DNA of 64,000 bases from a virus (IMGVR_UViG_3300030105_002498:1-64000); one strand, 5' to 3'. Counted from the stretch's first letter, positions 16,761-25,406 are shown. Notes: generated from the sequence alone by a model not told the origin. Made by a program: numbers and translations.

Positions 16761-18680
16761 TTAATGGCAGTCAGCATAATTGCTGCCCCAGTCTATACTA
16801 CAACCTAGCTCTACATTAAGGTTGCATTCAGCATTAGCTGCTACTATACTATCTCTTACAACTTTAGTTGCGAAGCTCTTATCTGTTTTCTTACAGACAA
16901 ACATGAGTTCATCATGATATTGCATTGCTACTTTAATTCCTCTCTCAGAGAGTCCTCCCCTGACATGTCTTAACCATGTATCAAAAAAGTACACACCTGA
17001 ACTTTGATTCAAAGTAGAGAACTTATCTTTATCTTCTTTAAGGAACATCCAAAATCCAGATAAAGGATTATAAAGCCATTTCTGACCTTCAAAAGTTTTA
17101 ACTAAGCAAGCATCAGCAGTTTGTTTTACACCTTTATTTCTCTCCCAGTAAGTAGTGTGTAACTTCTTACCTTGAGATAAAGGTTTTTGTAATGTTTTAG
17201 CTATTTTGGCTGCACCTGCTCCATAAGTAGCACTAAAGTTCACCTGTTTAGCATCACTTCTAACTTCATTAATAGTATAGTATCTAGCTTTACTTGCACT
17301 TGACTCCCACACAAAATTTTCATCTTCCCTTTCTTCTTTTATAGACTGATAAAAGTCTACATCATCTTGAGTAAGCATCTCTGCAATCAAACCTATATCT
17401 AAATGAGGGTCAAAACCTGGCACTCTCATCTCTGTAACATAATCTGGGTCAAAGAAGTAGATATAATGTTGTTTAGTATTATCTTCAAGTCCTGAAATAT
17501 CACTACCACACATTATATACTGGTCATTAGGTACAGTTAAGCACCCTCTAATCTCTTTGCCATAAGGTTTATGAGTTCCAGGTAAGTTGACAATAGGTTT
17601 AGCATGTTGTAATCTCATGGTGTTTGTGAAACCATGAGCATTAGCTTGCATAAAACCCTCTTTATCAACATTCTCTTTAAATGACTTGAGAAGTCCTATT
17701 CTATGTTTTGCAACATACAGTCCTTCTAAGTTATCAAGACCTTCAACAGTCTTATAAAAAGCTTGTACTGAAGGACAAATACCTTGCCCAAATGGTAAAC
17801 TTATCTGAGGAACAGGCTCACCAGTATTCTTAGATACTTTGTGAGTTGCAGGAGTCCACCCTAATTCAAATAACCATTTTTTCAACTGCAATGTTGAACC
17901 TGGATTAGGTAAATTATAGATAACTTCTGTGTCTTCAGGTAAGCCTTTCAATATTAACAGGTCAAACCACTTTTGTCCATGGCTTGAGAGTGTCCCATCT
18001 TGCTTATGAGGCTTCTTAGGTTTCTCTTTCAAAACTGTAGCTATGTGTAGTGGCATTGATGCTCTTAAAGCATCAATTTTCTCTTCATAGATAAAATCTA
18101 AGTCAAGTTTAGTCCTATCACACAATTCCTGGTCTAAAAATACACCAATCTCTTCTTGGTCTTTTAAACATCTTAACTTATAGTTAATGTAACCAATGAT
18201 TCTCTTCATCTCTGAAATATTCCCTGAGTAAATAGAGTGTAAGTAATCCAGTTGTTTATGAAACAACTCTGCATTAATCTTTACATCCTCTTCACATCTA
18301 AAAATATACTCCTCAACAGTCAAGTTCTTCCAATCATCAATGACTGGTTTAGGGATTCCAAACTCTTCTCCCCAATAAGCTAATCCATGTCTCTTTCTAT
18401 AACAGTACAAATACCAGGACAAACCAAGTGTGTCAATAATATCACATGTTATAACATAGCCTAGTATTTTTTCAATTAAAGGTATGTCATATCTAATAGA
18501 ATTGTGAGCCACTAAGTAGCCTTCCTGTAGTACTAAGAATCTAACAATAGATTCAGGTGTCGTTAAGCTACCAGACTTAATCAGAATACCATCTTTATAA
18601 GTCTGGTAGGATAAACAATGAATTTTTGTTGCTACATTAAGCAACCCATCTGCCTCCACATCCCATATAGTATATAACAT
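16761..18680 (-). CDS. polA: DNA polymerase family A with 3'-5' exonuclease
   Basis: Exo motifs DVEADG, HNSIRYD, RCEED; polymerase motif A DISGLE, motif B RSDAKQVNFSATYG (Phe at the 762-equivalent), motif C YHDE. Confidence 0.95.
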   Translation of the reverse strand: MLYTIWDVEADGLLNVATKIHCLSYQTYKDGILIKSGSLTTPESIVRFLVLQEGYLVAHNSIRYDIPLIEKILGYVITCDIIDTLGLSWYLYCYRKRHGLAYWGEEFGIPKPVIDDWKNLTVEEYIFRCEEDVKINAELFHKQLDYLHSIYSGNISEMKRIIGYINYKLRCLKDQEEIGVFLDQELCDRTKLDLDFIYEEKIDALRASMPLHIATVLKEKPKKPHKQDGTLSSHGQKWFDLLILKGLPEDTEVIYNLPNPGSTLQLKKWLFELGWTPATHKVSKNTGEPVPQISLPFGQGICPSVQAFYKTVEGLDNLEGLYVAKHRIGLLKSFKENVDKEGFMQANAHGFTNTMRLQHAKPIVNLPGTHKPYGKEIRGCLTVPNDQYIMCGSDISGLEDNTKQHYIYFFDPDYVTEMRVPGFDPHLDIGLIAEMLTQDDVDFYQSIKEEREDENFVWESSASKARYYTINEVRSDAKQVNFSATYGAGAAKIAKTLQKPLSQGKKLHTTYWERNKGVKQTADACLVKTFEGQKWLYNPLSGFWMFLKEDKDKFSTLNQSSGVYFFDTWLRHVRGGLSERGIKVAMQYHDELMFVCKKTDKSFATKVVRDSIVAANAECNLNVELGCSIDWGSNYADCH

Positions 18681-18690
18681 ACACGCTAAT

Positions 18691-19053
18691 TTAATTGTTC
18701 CTTTCTTCTTCTCCTCCTCCTACTGAGGGGATTAGTTCCAAGTTCTTAAAATGCCAAGGGAGTTTAAAGAATAAACCCTTCCCTACTAATTTGTAGTTTA
18801 CTTTTTTACCAAAAGTACTTCCAACTTCAATCACTCTCCAACTAAGAAGATTCTCATCCATAACAATATCATTTAAGTTAAAATAAGGAATGTCATCCCC
18901 CTCAACTAAAAAAGATACTGTTACTCCGTATTCAATCTTCCTTCTATAAGAAGAAAAATCCCATTCGTTTAAAGCTTCCCAAAAAGTTAAGGGACGATAG
19001 TGTCTTTGAGTTCTTCTATCATAAGAAAAACCAGATATTGTAGGATGTCTCAT
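18691..19053 (-). CDS. hypothetical protein
   Basis: 120-aa ORF coupled to the upstream gene. Confidence 0.55.
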   Translation of the reverse strand: MRHPTISGFSYDRRTQRHYRPLTFWEALNEWDFSSYRRKIEYGVTVSFLVEGDDIPYFNLNDIVMDENLLSWRVIEVGSTFGKKVNYKLVGKGLFFKLPWHFKNLELIPSVGGGEEERNN

Positions 19054-19340
19054 TAAACTACACGTAAGCTGAACAAAAAGATGTTGTTATAAATCTTACC
19101 ATTCTTTTCACTTCCCTCAAAAGAAAACTCTATTGTGGCAAAATCACCCACTTGTACAGTTTCTAATAATTTCATCTTGTTATTCCTTACTTCAGGAAAT
19201 AACTTTTGTCCATCTGGTGATACAAGAGTAATAACTCTCTTATAAAGGTCTCTCCCTTGTCTTGGAATATGAATTTCTGGTCCAATTGCTGTAATTTCTC
19301 CTGCTATTGTCAAATAATTCTTTTGCTGTGATTGTGCCAT
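19053..19340 (-). CDS. DUF3127-like OB-fold (SSB-like) protein
   Basis: I.G.I..I, YKRVITL, VQVGD..TIEFSFEG.E..GK.YNNI pattern typical of Bacteroidota DUF3127. Confidence 0.7.
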   Translation of the reverse strand: MAQSQQKNYLTIAGEITAIGPEIHIPRQGRDLYKRVITLVSPDGQKLFPEVRNNKMKLLETVQVGDFATIEFSFEGSEKNGKIYNNIFLFSLRVV

Positions 19341-19402
19341 GTCTTTCAGTTATTTTAAGTGTTCTAAATTTTTCTCAACTTTGTCAAAAAACTCGTGCAT
19401 AG

Positions 19403-19822
19403 TTACTCTATACTTCTTTTAATAATTCTTAAAGCTTCTTTTAATACTATCTCCAAAGCTTCTTCATAAGTACCTGTAAACTCTGACCTATAACTATGTT
19501 GTGTAGAATACCCTTTACCATGCTCTGAAAGAGAGTAGTGGAATTCAACATCACTTCTATAGTTCACTCTACTGACCATAATATCAATATGCATATTGCA
19601 ATGATCTCTTAGCCATTTCTGTAAGCTTGGTTGAGTTGGTGCAGATACGTTCCAATATTCACTAGACTCTAAAGAATTAAAGTCTAACCAACAAGTAAAG
19701 TCCTTAACATCCACAATCTGAGAAGCCTCTTCTTCTGCTCCATAAGCAAAAATACACTTCTCTTTAAATCCTTTCTCTTTAGCTAACTTAGCTGTCTCAA
19801 ATGAGACTAGTTGTTCTTGCAT
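19403..19822 (-). CDS. conserved Bacteroidota-phage hypothetical protein
   Basis: VSFETAKLAKEKGF...SAPTQ..LQKWLR...TYEEALE signature. Confidence 0.75.
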   Translation of the reverse strand: MQEQLVSFETAKLAKEKGFKEKCIFAYGAEEEASQIVDVKDFTCWLDFNSLESSEYWNVSAPTQPSLQKWLRDHCNMHIDIMVSRVNYRSDVEFHYSLSEHGKGYSTQHSYRSEFTGTYEEALEIVLKEALRIIKRSIE

Positions 19823-19824
19823 GA

Positions 19825-21111
19825 TTAGGTGTTATAAAGAATTAATAATTCAGAAGCTCTTGTAACACCAGTATATGATATTCTCTCGACTTCCACTTTG
19901 TTTCGGTTCTTCTTAATATCTTTAACATTCATAATAGTCTTCTGAAAAGTAGAACCTTGGCTCTTGTGAACAGTCAAAGCATGATTATGGTTCAAGTTTG
20001 CAAACTTCTCTTGGAAGTTATAAAAGTCTACCCATTTAAGTTGGTAGGCTTTAGCTTGCTGTTTCATGAAATTAACTATGTTCTTATAGTCTTGCTCAGA
20101 ATCCTCATGTATTACTATTACCCCAGGTGGGAGTGTCCTGTCTACCTTCGCTAATAAATCCTCTGGATTAATACAGTACACTTTCATATCTACCTCTCCT
20201 ACGTCTACATTCACTTTAGTGTTTCTGGTAAGGTACTTTAAAGATATGGTTTTTATTTCTAAAGTGTTCACTTTTATCTCACCATTAGTATAATGAGTCT
20301 CTCCATAAGGAGCATTAAACACTAAACTCTCTCCAATCTCTACTTTATTTGGGTCAGTATAAATGGCTTTTCTCACATCTCTATTGATTGCATCAACTTC
20401 TTTGTTTGTCCAAGCCAAGTACTTAATTTCATCAGTTCCATTAACTGCTGCCAGAGATTCAATAACTTTTTCTCTATCATTACTGAAGAGATAACCATTC
20501 ATATTCTCATCTACAGCATCAATGTTACTATTAAGTAAATCTAAGTTCCTACTCAAGTTAATGATAGAACTACCCTTTGCTTGTCTGATAATTTCAGTCA
20601 ACTCTACTGTTGGATAATCAGCTAAAAATACTGGAGACTCTAACTCTTTTATAGGATTGATTTGTTTATCATCTCCTAAGAAAAGAATTTTACATCCTGC
20701 AAGAGTAGCATACTCTTCCAACCATAGAAGTAAATCTGCACTTACCATTGATGCTTCATCAATAATAATACAACTCATCCCTTTTAATGGAGGATAATGA
20801 GGATGAAAGTCAGGCTTAAAATCTATCTCTCCTGTCTTAGTATTAATCTTCCTCTTTAGTTTAAGTATAGATTGAAGAGTTCTAAACTCAATGAGTTCGT
20901 GTTCATCAATCTTCAGTCTTAATACTGCAAGAGCTTTGTGTGTTGGGGCAGACACACTAATTTTCTTCCCTTTAAGTAGCATAGGAATTAATGTTTGTGC
21001 TAGTGTAGTTTTCCCTACTCCAGCACTCCCTTTAATTAATAATCTTTTATGGACTTCAAGTAATATCAGTCCTACCTTTTTAACGTCGTCTTGGTGTTCT
21101 GTTAGAACCAT
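19825..21111 (-). CDS. Dda/RecD-like SF1B helicase (probable start 21111)
   Basis: GSAGVGKT, APTHKA, IDEASMV, GDDKQ, LTEIIRQ, TVHKSQGST, YTGVTRA. Confidence 0.9.
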   Translation of the reverse strand: MVLTEHQDDVKKVGLILLEVHKRLLIKGSAGVGKTTLAQTLIPMLLKGKKISVSAPTHKALAVLRLKIDEHELIEFRTLQSILKLKRKINTKTGEIDFKPDFHPHYPPLKGMSCIIIDEASMVSADLLLWLEEYATLAGCKILFLGDDKQINPIKELESPVFLADYPTVELTEIIRQAKGSSIINLSRNLDLLNSNIDAVDENMNGYLFSNDREKVIESLAAVNGTDEIKYLAWTNKEVDAINRDVRKAIYTDPNKVEIGESLVFNAPYGETHYTNGEIKVNTLEIKTISLKYLTRNTKVNVDVGEVDMKVYCINPEDLLAKVDRTLPPGVIVIHEDSEQDYKNIVNFMKQQAKAYQLKWVDFYNFQEKFANLNHNHALTVHKSQGSTFQKTIMNVKDIKKNRNKVEVERISYTGVTRASELLILYNT

Positions 21112-21221
21112 GAGTCTTAATTTTAAAAGTTCGATAATAAATAAAAAAACAACAGTCCAACCCATAATAGGTCAGACTGTTGTTGCCATGTGAAACATTA
21201 TATAGATTATAAAATTCCAGA

Positions 21222-21851
21222 TTATAACTGTTGTTCCGCAATTACTGTCACAGTTGTGTTATCCACTTCTGCTTGTAATTCTGCCGAAACATAACCATAA
21301 TCCAAATCAGCATTCCGATTATCAACATCGTTCTTAGCTGTAGCAGAGAAGGCTATTCTTCTGTACTGAACTTTGCCACTTGAATGGATTGCTAACTTTC
21401 CTTCGTTAGTATGACCCATTGGGTAACGTACTGCTTGTCTATTTGAAAATGTGTCAATAGTGACATTTCTTTCAGGATTTCTGATTGCATCCTGCTGATT
21501 GTCAGAGATAACAGGTTTATTATCCATGATACGATATAAGCAAGCTCCTGGTGCTCCTGCCAACTTAGCAACAACTGCCTCAATTGAAGTCCCTACAGGA
21601 ACATCAATCCAAGCTACTCTAGTTTCATGATTAACAAAAGGCTCTGAAGGCTCAAACCCAAACTCTTCAGTACTAAATACATTTCCATCAAGAGAATTTG
21701 TAACTCTCTTACTTGGGTATGTAGTGTTAGTAGTGATTTTTTGTTTCAACTCAGCAGTAAGAGTTCCTTCTTTTTGGTAGTCACTAGCATACACTCTTGA
21801 AACTGTAACTGGACCTGCAATTACTTCTTTGATAATTTCTGAATTTGCCAT
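21222..21851 (-). CDS. hypothetical protein
   Basis: 209-aa ORF followed by a hairpin near 21149-21185. Confidence 0.65.
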   Translation of the reverse strand: MANSEIIKEVIAGPVTVSRVYASDYQKEGTLTAELKQKITTNTTYPSKRVTNSLDGNVFSTEEFGFEPSEPFVNHETRVAWIDVPVGTSIEAVVAKLAGAPGACLYRIMDNKPVISDNQQDAIRNPERNVTIDTFSNRQAVRYPMGHTNEGKLAIHSSGKVQYRRIAFSATAKNDVDNRNADLDYGYVSAELQAEVDNTTVTVIAEQQL

Positions 21852-21887
21852 AATAAAATTCTTTTTAGAAAATGTTTGTAAAAATTG

Positions 21888-22463
21888 TTATTTAGATAAT
21901 AGTAAGATTCTTAAATCGCTTGTAATTTGAATGCTGTCAACATGGTTGACCTTATTTTCCACCTGTAAGTTCCCTGTTACAAAATTGTAAAAACTTGCAC
22001 CATCCTTTCCATAAGATGTGGATTGAACTTTAGCATACTGTTTCTTCCAAGAAGTAATGTCATAAAGACCCATAGAACTAAAAAGATAAATTTTTATATC
22101 TGTGATAAAAGATTGGTTTACACAAATAGTAGTATCAGGGTAAGTCAGATATTTTATTCTATTATTAATTGTAATAAGTTTACCATTGCACAAAGCAATT
22201 TTAAGTTCATTGTATTGCCCTTTACCAATAAAAGACTCACCAACTACATTATTACCCTCTGTATACCGTGAATCAATCTTACTTGGTGTAAGACACAAGA
22301 AAACATCAGCATCTAATATTGGTTGAGAAGAATATTTACCCTTCTCGTCGTGGTAGGTCACTAAAAAACCCTCATTTGTAAGGTGTTGAACAACTTCCTT
22401 AAATGCTTCTTTAGGGTATTTTAATGACCTACTTACATAAACCTTGATTGGTCTACTTAACAT
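21888..22463 (-). CDS. nucleoside 2-deoxyribosyltransferase/TIR-like flavodoxin-fold protein
   Basis: KVYVS...ILDADVFLCL...GKGQYNELKIALCNGKLI resembles the NDT pattern I..AD...G...E...A...GK. Confidence 0.5.
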   Translation of the reverse strand: MLSRPIKVYVSRSLKYPKEAFKEVVQHLTNEGFLVTYHDEKGKYSSQPILDADVFLCLTPSKIDSRYTEGNNVVGESFIGKGQYNELKIALCNGKLITINNRIKYLTYPDTTICVNQSFITDIKIYLFSSMGLYDITSWKKQYAKVQSTSYGKDGASFYNFVTGNLQVENKVNHVDSIQITSDLRILLLSK

Positions 22464-22743
22464 CTAGGAAAAATTCTTGCATCGTAGCATTAGCAAATTC
22501 GATTTGTTTCTCGATTAAAGCAAGTTCTACAATTGAATTTTGAAATTGGTCATTCCAAGTTTCTTCAACAGTAGCCAAATTGACTTGAAGAAGATTCTCT
22601 TTTCTCATTAACAATTCATCTCGCTTGTCTTCTAGTTTATCAATCAATCTCTCTTGATTACGAGCTAATGATTTAGCTTTTCGGATAGCTTTGTTTTGGT
22701 CAGCAGTTGCTTTGTCCTGAGTTAGGATTTGTAAAATTTTCAT
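22453..22743 (-). CDS. coiled-coil hypothetical protein
   Basis: Heptad-rich 96-aa ORF. Confidence 0.6.
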   Translation of the reverse strand: MKILQILTQDKATADQNKAIRKAKSLARNQERLIDKLEDKRDELLMRKENLLQVNLATVEETWNDQFQNSIVELALIEKQIEFANATMQEFFLDVK

Positions 22744-22818
22744 CTTGAGTTATTTTTATGAAATTAATAATAATAAATTTTAAAAGGAGATTAAAAACAC
22801 TACAATCTTTTCCTGTTG

Positions 22819-22863
22819 CGTCAACAACAGCATAACAAACTATAACGTCAACAACGTCATAAC
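22819..22863. repeat. direct repeat CGTCAACAAC-NN-CATAAC x2 (putative operator)
   Basis: Copies at 22819-22836 and 22846-22863 (27-bp period), adjacent to the 22-bp motif. Confidence 0.6.
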
Positions 22864-22875
22864 TAGTTATCTTCC

Positions 22876-22897
22876 CAAATTAGTGGGGGTCTTGAAG
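22876..22897 (-). promoter_or_regulatory. 22-bp phage-specific motif, copy 1 (putative early promoter)
   Basis: Plus strand CAAATTAGTGGGGGTCTTGAAG; intergenic and repeated. Confidence 0.7.
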
Positions 22898-22922
22898 GGA
22901 TGTTATTCCTCCATATGTATTT

Positions 22923-23002
22923 TGCATGACTGAGTGGAATCGAACCACTTTCTCTCCACCTAGAACTAAGAGCAAATTATCCAGTATATTATACAATCAC
23001 GC
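22923..23002 (-). ncRNA. degenerate tRNA-like element
   Basis: GCGTGATTG/CAGTCATGC acceptor-like stem and AGTGG-TTCGATT-CCACT T-arm; weak D and anticodon arms. Confidence 0.5.
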
Positions 23003-23008
23003 ATTTTG

Positions 23009-23151
23009 TAGGGATAGTGGGACTTGAACCCAGGTGTATACACTTTGTACTTCAGCATATACCTCAACTTCGTTCACGTTATAAAGTTTAAGAAACCTTT
23101 TACGACCTCCTGCTTATAAGACAGGTGCTCTACCAACTGAGCTATACCCCC
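23009..23151 (-). tRNA. tRNA-Ile(UAU) interrupted by a 70-nt insertion in the T-stem
   Basis: GGGGGTA-TA-GCTC-AGTTGGTA-GAGC-A-CCTGT-CT-TAT-AA-GCAGG-AGGTC-GT[70 nt]GGG-TTCAAGT-CCCAC-TATCCCT-A. Removing 23032-23101 gives a canonical 73-nt cloverleaf. Confidence 0.8.
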
Positions 23152-23244
23152 ATATTTAAAAATCCAGATAGACCCTGACACCATACTCAAACGTAACATC
23201 TTGTCAACTCCTAAGAGTTACGGGTATCTACCTGGTTTTTATTG

Positions 23245-23398
23245 TAGCGTAGATAGGAGTCGAACCTACAATCTTCACCTTAACGGTGATGCATAACGGA
23301 ATACTAAATAGGAAAACTTCAATTAGAATTAGTTGCAACTACTTCTTATTTTATAAATTCCATTTCAAACATATTCCTGTCCTTCATGCTTCTACGCA
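23245..23398 (-). ncRNA. tRNA-like element with a large structured D-loop insertion and a 5-nt anticodon loop (Asn-derived?)
   Basis: GCGTAG/CTACGC acceptor, GCAT/ATGC D-stem enclosing about 90 nt, TCACC-GTTAA-GGTGA arm, GTAGG-TTCGACT-CCTAT T-arm. Confidence 0.6.
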
Positions 23399-23474
23399 AA
23401 AGTTTATTCTTGAGAGACTTTAACTAGCTAGCTTTCAGTACGATATGATATACTTTATCATAATCTCTCAATTG

Positions 23475-23544
23475 TATCTTAGATGGGAGTCGAACCCATA
23501 ACTAATCCCGCTAGGGAGTACTCTACCTGTTGAGTTACTAAGAT
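23475..23544 (-). ncRNA. tRNA-like element with a 4-nt anticodon loop
   Basis: Perfect ATCTTAG/CTAAGAT acceptor, ACTC/GAGT D-stem and ATGGG-TTCGACT-CCCAT T-arm; the anticodon arm is TCCC-TAGC-GGGA. Confidence 0.7.
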
Positions 23545-23676
23545 TGCATATTAAAATGCTACCAAAAACATTATCTTTTCTAACCTGGCAATGGCTGTCT
23601 ACCCTCTTCACACCATGTACTCATGGATATTGCCCTTCAGAGTGGGTTGTTGAAGCCTTTTACGGGAAAAGATAAA

Positions 23677-23868
23677 TCAATAAGGTATTCTAATGTGAGA
23701 CCACCTTTTCTTAGTTCTAATATCTGATATAGTAACAGGATTTACTCCGTAGTCTTCAGCTATTTTCTTATTAATCCCATGATAAGGGTATCGTAATCTC
23801 TTTTTAATATCCCTCACATCATCAGGAGTAAGAACATCTCTATTATTAGGTATTTTACTTTCTCTCAT
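23677..23868 (-). CDS. stand-alone helix-turn-helix protein (like the C-terminal HTH of HNH endonucleases)
   Basis: LT.DDV.DI...IAEDYGVNPVTISDIRTKKRWSHI. Confidence 0.75.
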   Translation of the reverse strand: MRESKIPNNRDVLTPDDVRDIKKRLRYPYHGINKKIAEDYGVNPVTISDIRTKKRWSHIRIPY

Positions 23869-23968
23869 GACTTTAGATTGAATTATTAATTAATAAAATT
23901 GTGAGGAGAAGATTTTCTATGTATTACTTCTCCTCACTCAGGCGTGGGTTGACCTGATTTTTTGGGAT

Positions 23969-24416
23969 TTGTGGAGGTGCTGGGATTTGAACCCAGGTCC
24001 AGACAATTTTCTAAAATACAAATTATACATGTTTTGCACAGAGAATTTCACTCTACACACTTGAACGTCAACCTAAGTTGTCAAGTCACGGTTATTTCTA
24101 GAAATAACAAGAGCAAAGTTTTCCACTTCACAGTTTTGGGATTCGCAATTCCCAGGGCTAACCGAAGTTAACTTCCACCATCTCATTTTTACTTCAAACA
24201 AAAATGAGAAAAAAGAATTACTATGCTGCTTCCAAAACTTGTGTTCTAGGAGATACATAGGTTGCAGTCAGTAAGTTATTCGCAATAGCGTTGCTTACCT
24301 CTGCTTTGTTAATTGTATTAGCAATTATGTTTTACTTATTAGTATTTTAGTGGTTAATAAGCTTTCCACTACATGTTTGTACATCTTCCAATTCCTGTCG
24401 ATTCCATTTCACCCCC
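23969..24416 (-). ncRNA. ssrA: tmRNA (transfer-messenger RNA)
   Basis: 5' GGGGGTGAAATGGAATCGAC; 3' GGACCTGGGTTCAAATCCCAGCACCTCCA(CAA); G3.U70 pair; tag frame 24322-24221 ANTINKAEVSNAIANNLLTATYVSPRTQVLEAA then TAG TAA. Confidence 0.92.
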
Positions 24417-24626
24417 ATTAAAAATTAGCAACTGACTTCAGGACTTTACCTGCTTTCTAGTTATCACTTCGGAGTATCTATTAGAGTAAGCTCTGAGAGT
24501 TTTTTACTTTGTCAGTTACTAAAAGTGACCAGCCTACGCCTTACATCTGGTCTGTTACCCTCATTGTAATTTCCTCTGCTACTGAGAGAGTTCAAATTAC
24601 TGAGTCAATAGTCTAGAAACTATAAT

Positions 24627-25364
24627 CTAACCTAGTCTATTTTTCTGTATCTGATTTAGAACCTTTTTCTTAATTTGGATTCCAATCTTCTGCCTATCTT
24701 TTTTACTTGCTAGTAATAAAGCTGCTTCTTTGTTTCTCCTTTTCACTAAGCCTTTTAATTTTTTACCATTGGCATCACGAAAGTAAAGTTTCATAACTCT
24801 AGCTATTTCAATTCTATTTCCAGAGTTAATAGCAGAATTCAACTGCTTCCCGAAATGACCTACATTATAGTCTGTCACGGACAGAACTAATTTAGTCCAA
24901 CGATCTAACTTAGGAAACCTCTCATCAAGGTTCTGGTAAACTCTATTAAACTCTTTAGCTGCCCTTTTATTGGCTTCCTTTAGAGAAATAACTTCACCTT
25001 CCTTACTCTTTGTTCCCCAACCATTTGTCCATTGGTTAACATCCCAGTAAGCTGTAGGTCTAAAGCTTTCACAAGACTTCAGCAACAAGAATGTTAGTTC
25101 ATAGTCTGTCATTTCAGGACCTACCACTTTTTCCTCTTCTTCTAAAGAAGGAGAGACATTACTTACTCTGACAGCACTTGTGGATAAGTCTCGTAGTGTA
25201 ACTTCTTCTTTTAACTGTATCACTTCTTTATCAATGACCAGGTTAACATTTATTTTCTTAACGAAGAGTAACATTAAAATTAATATTACTAACGTCATTT
25301 TTCCCAGCACATTACAAAGAGTTGCAAAAGAGGGGATTTGTGATTGGATTGTTTGAAAATTCAT
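24627..25364 (-). CDS. GH24 lysozyme with N-terminal membrane anchor
   Basis: E-x8-D-x4-T triad region CESFRPTAYWDVNQWTNGWG, YNVG, GLVKRRNKE; hydrophobic segment at about residues 22-35. Confidence 0.85.
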   Translation of the reverse strand: MNFQTIQSQIPSFATLCNVLGKMTLVILILMLLFVKKINVNLVIDKEVIQLKEEVTLRDLSTSAVRVSNVSPSLEEEEKVVGPEMTDYELTFLLLKSCESFRPTAYWDVNQWTNGWGTKSKEGEVISLKEANKRAAKEFNRVYQNLDERFPKLDRWTKLVLSVTDYNVGHFGKQLNSAINSGNRIEIARVMKLYFRDANGKKLKGLVKRRNKEAALLLASKKDRQKIGIQIKKKVLNQIQKNRLG

Positions 25365-25406
25365 TATGAGTGTTTTTTAAATATTAAATATTAAGAATAA
25401 ATTTAG

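Noticed and set aside
18280-18310. Inactive proofreading because ExoIII reads RCEED instead of YxxxD
   Set aside because: All acidic exonuclease residues are present, and this variant is common in phage family A polymerases.
22923-23002. Amber-suppressor tRNA (CTA in TTCTAGG)
   Set aside because: The anticodon stem is poorly paired, TCT is an equally possible register, and there is no sign of recoding.
23962-24258. ORFs 23962..24171 (+) and 24073..24258 (-)
   Set aside because: Both lie inside the tmRNA and are best explained as chance frames.
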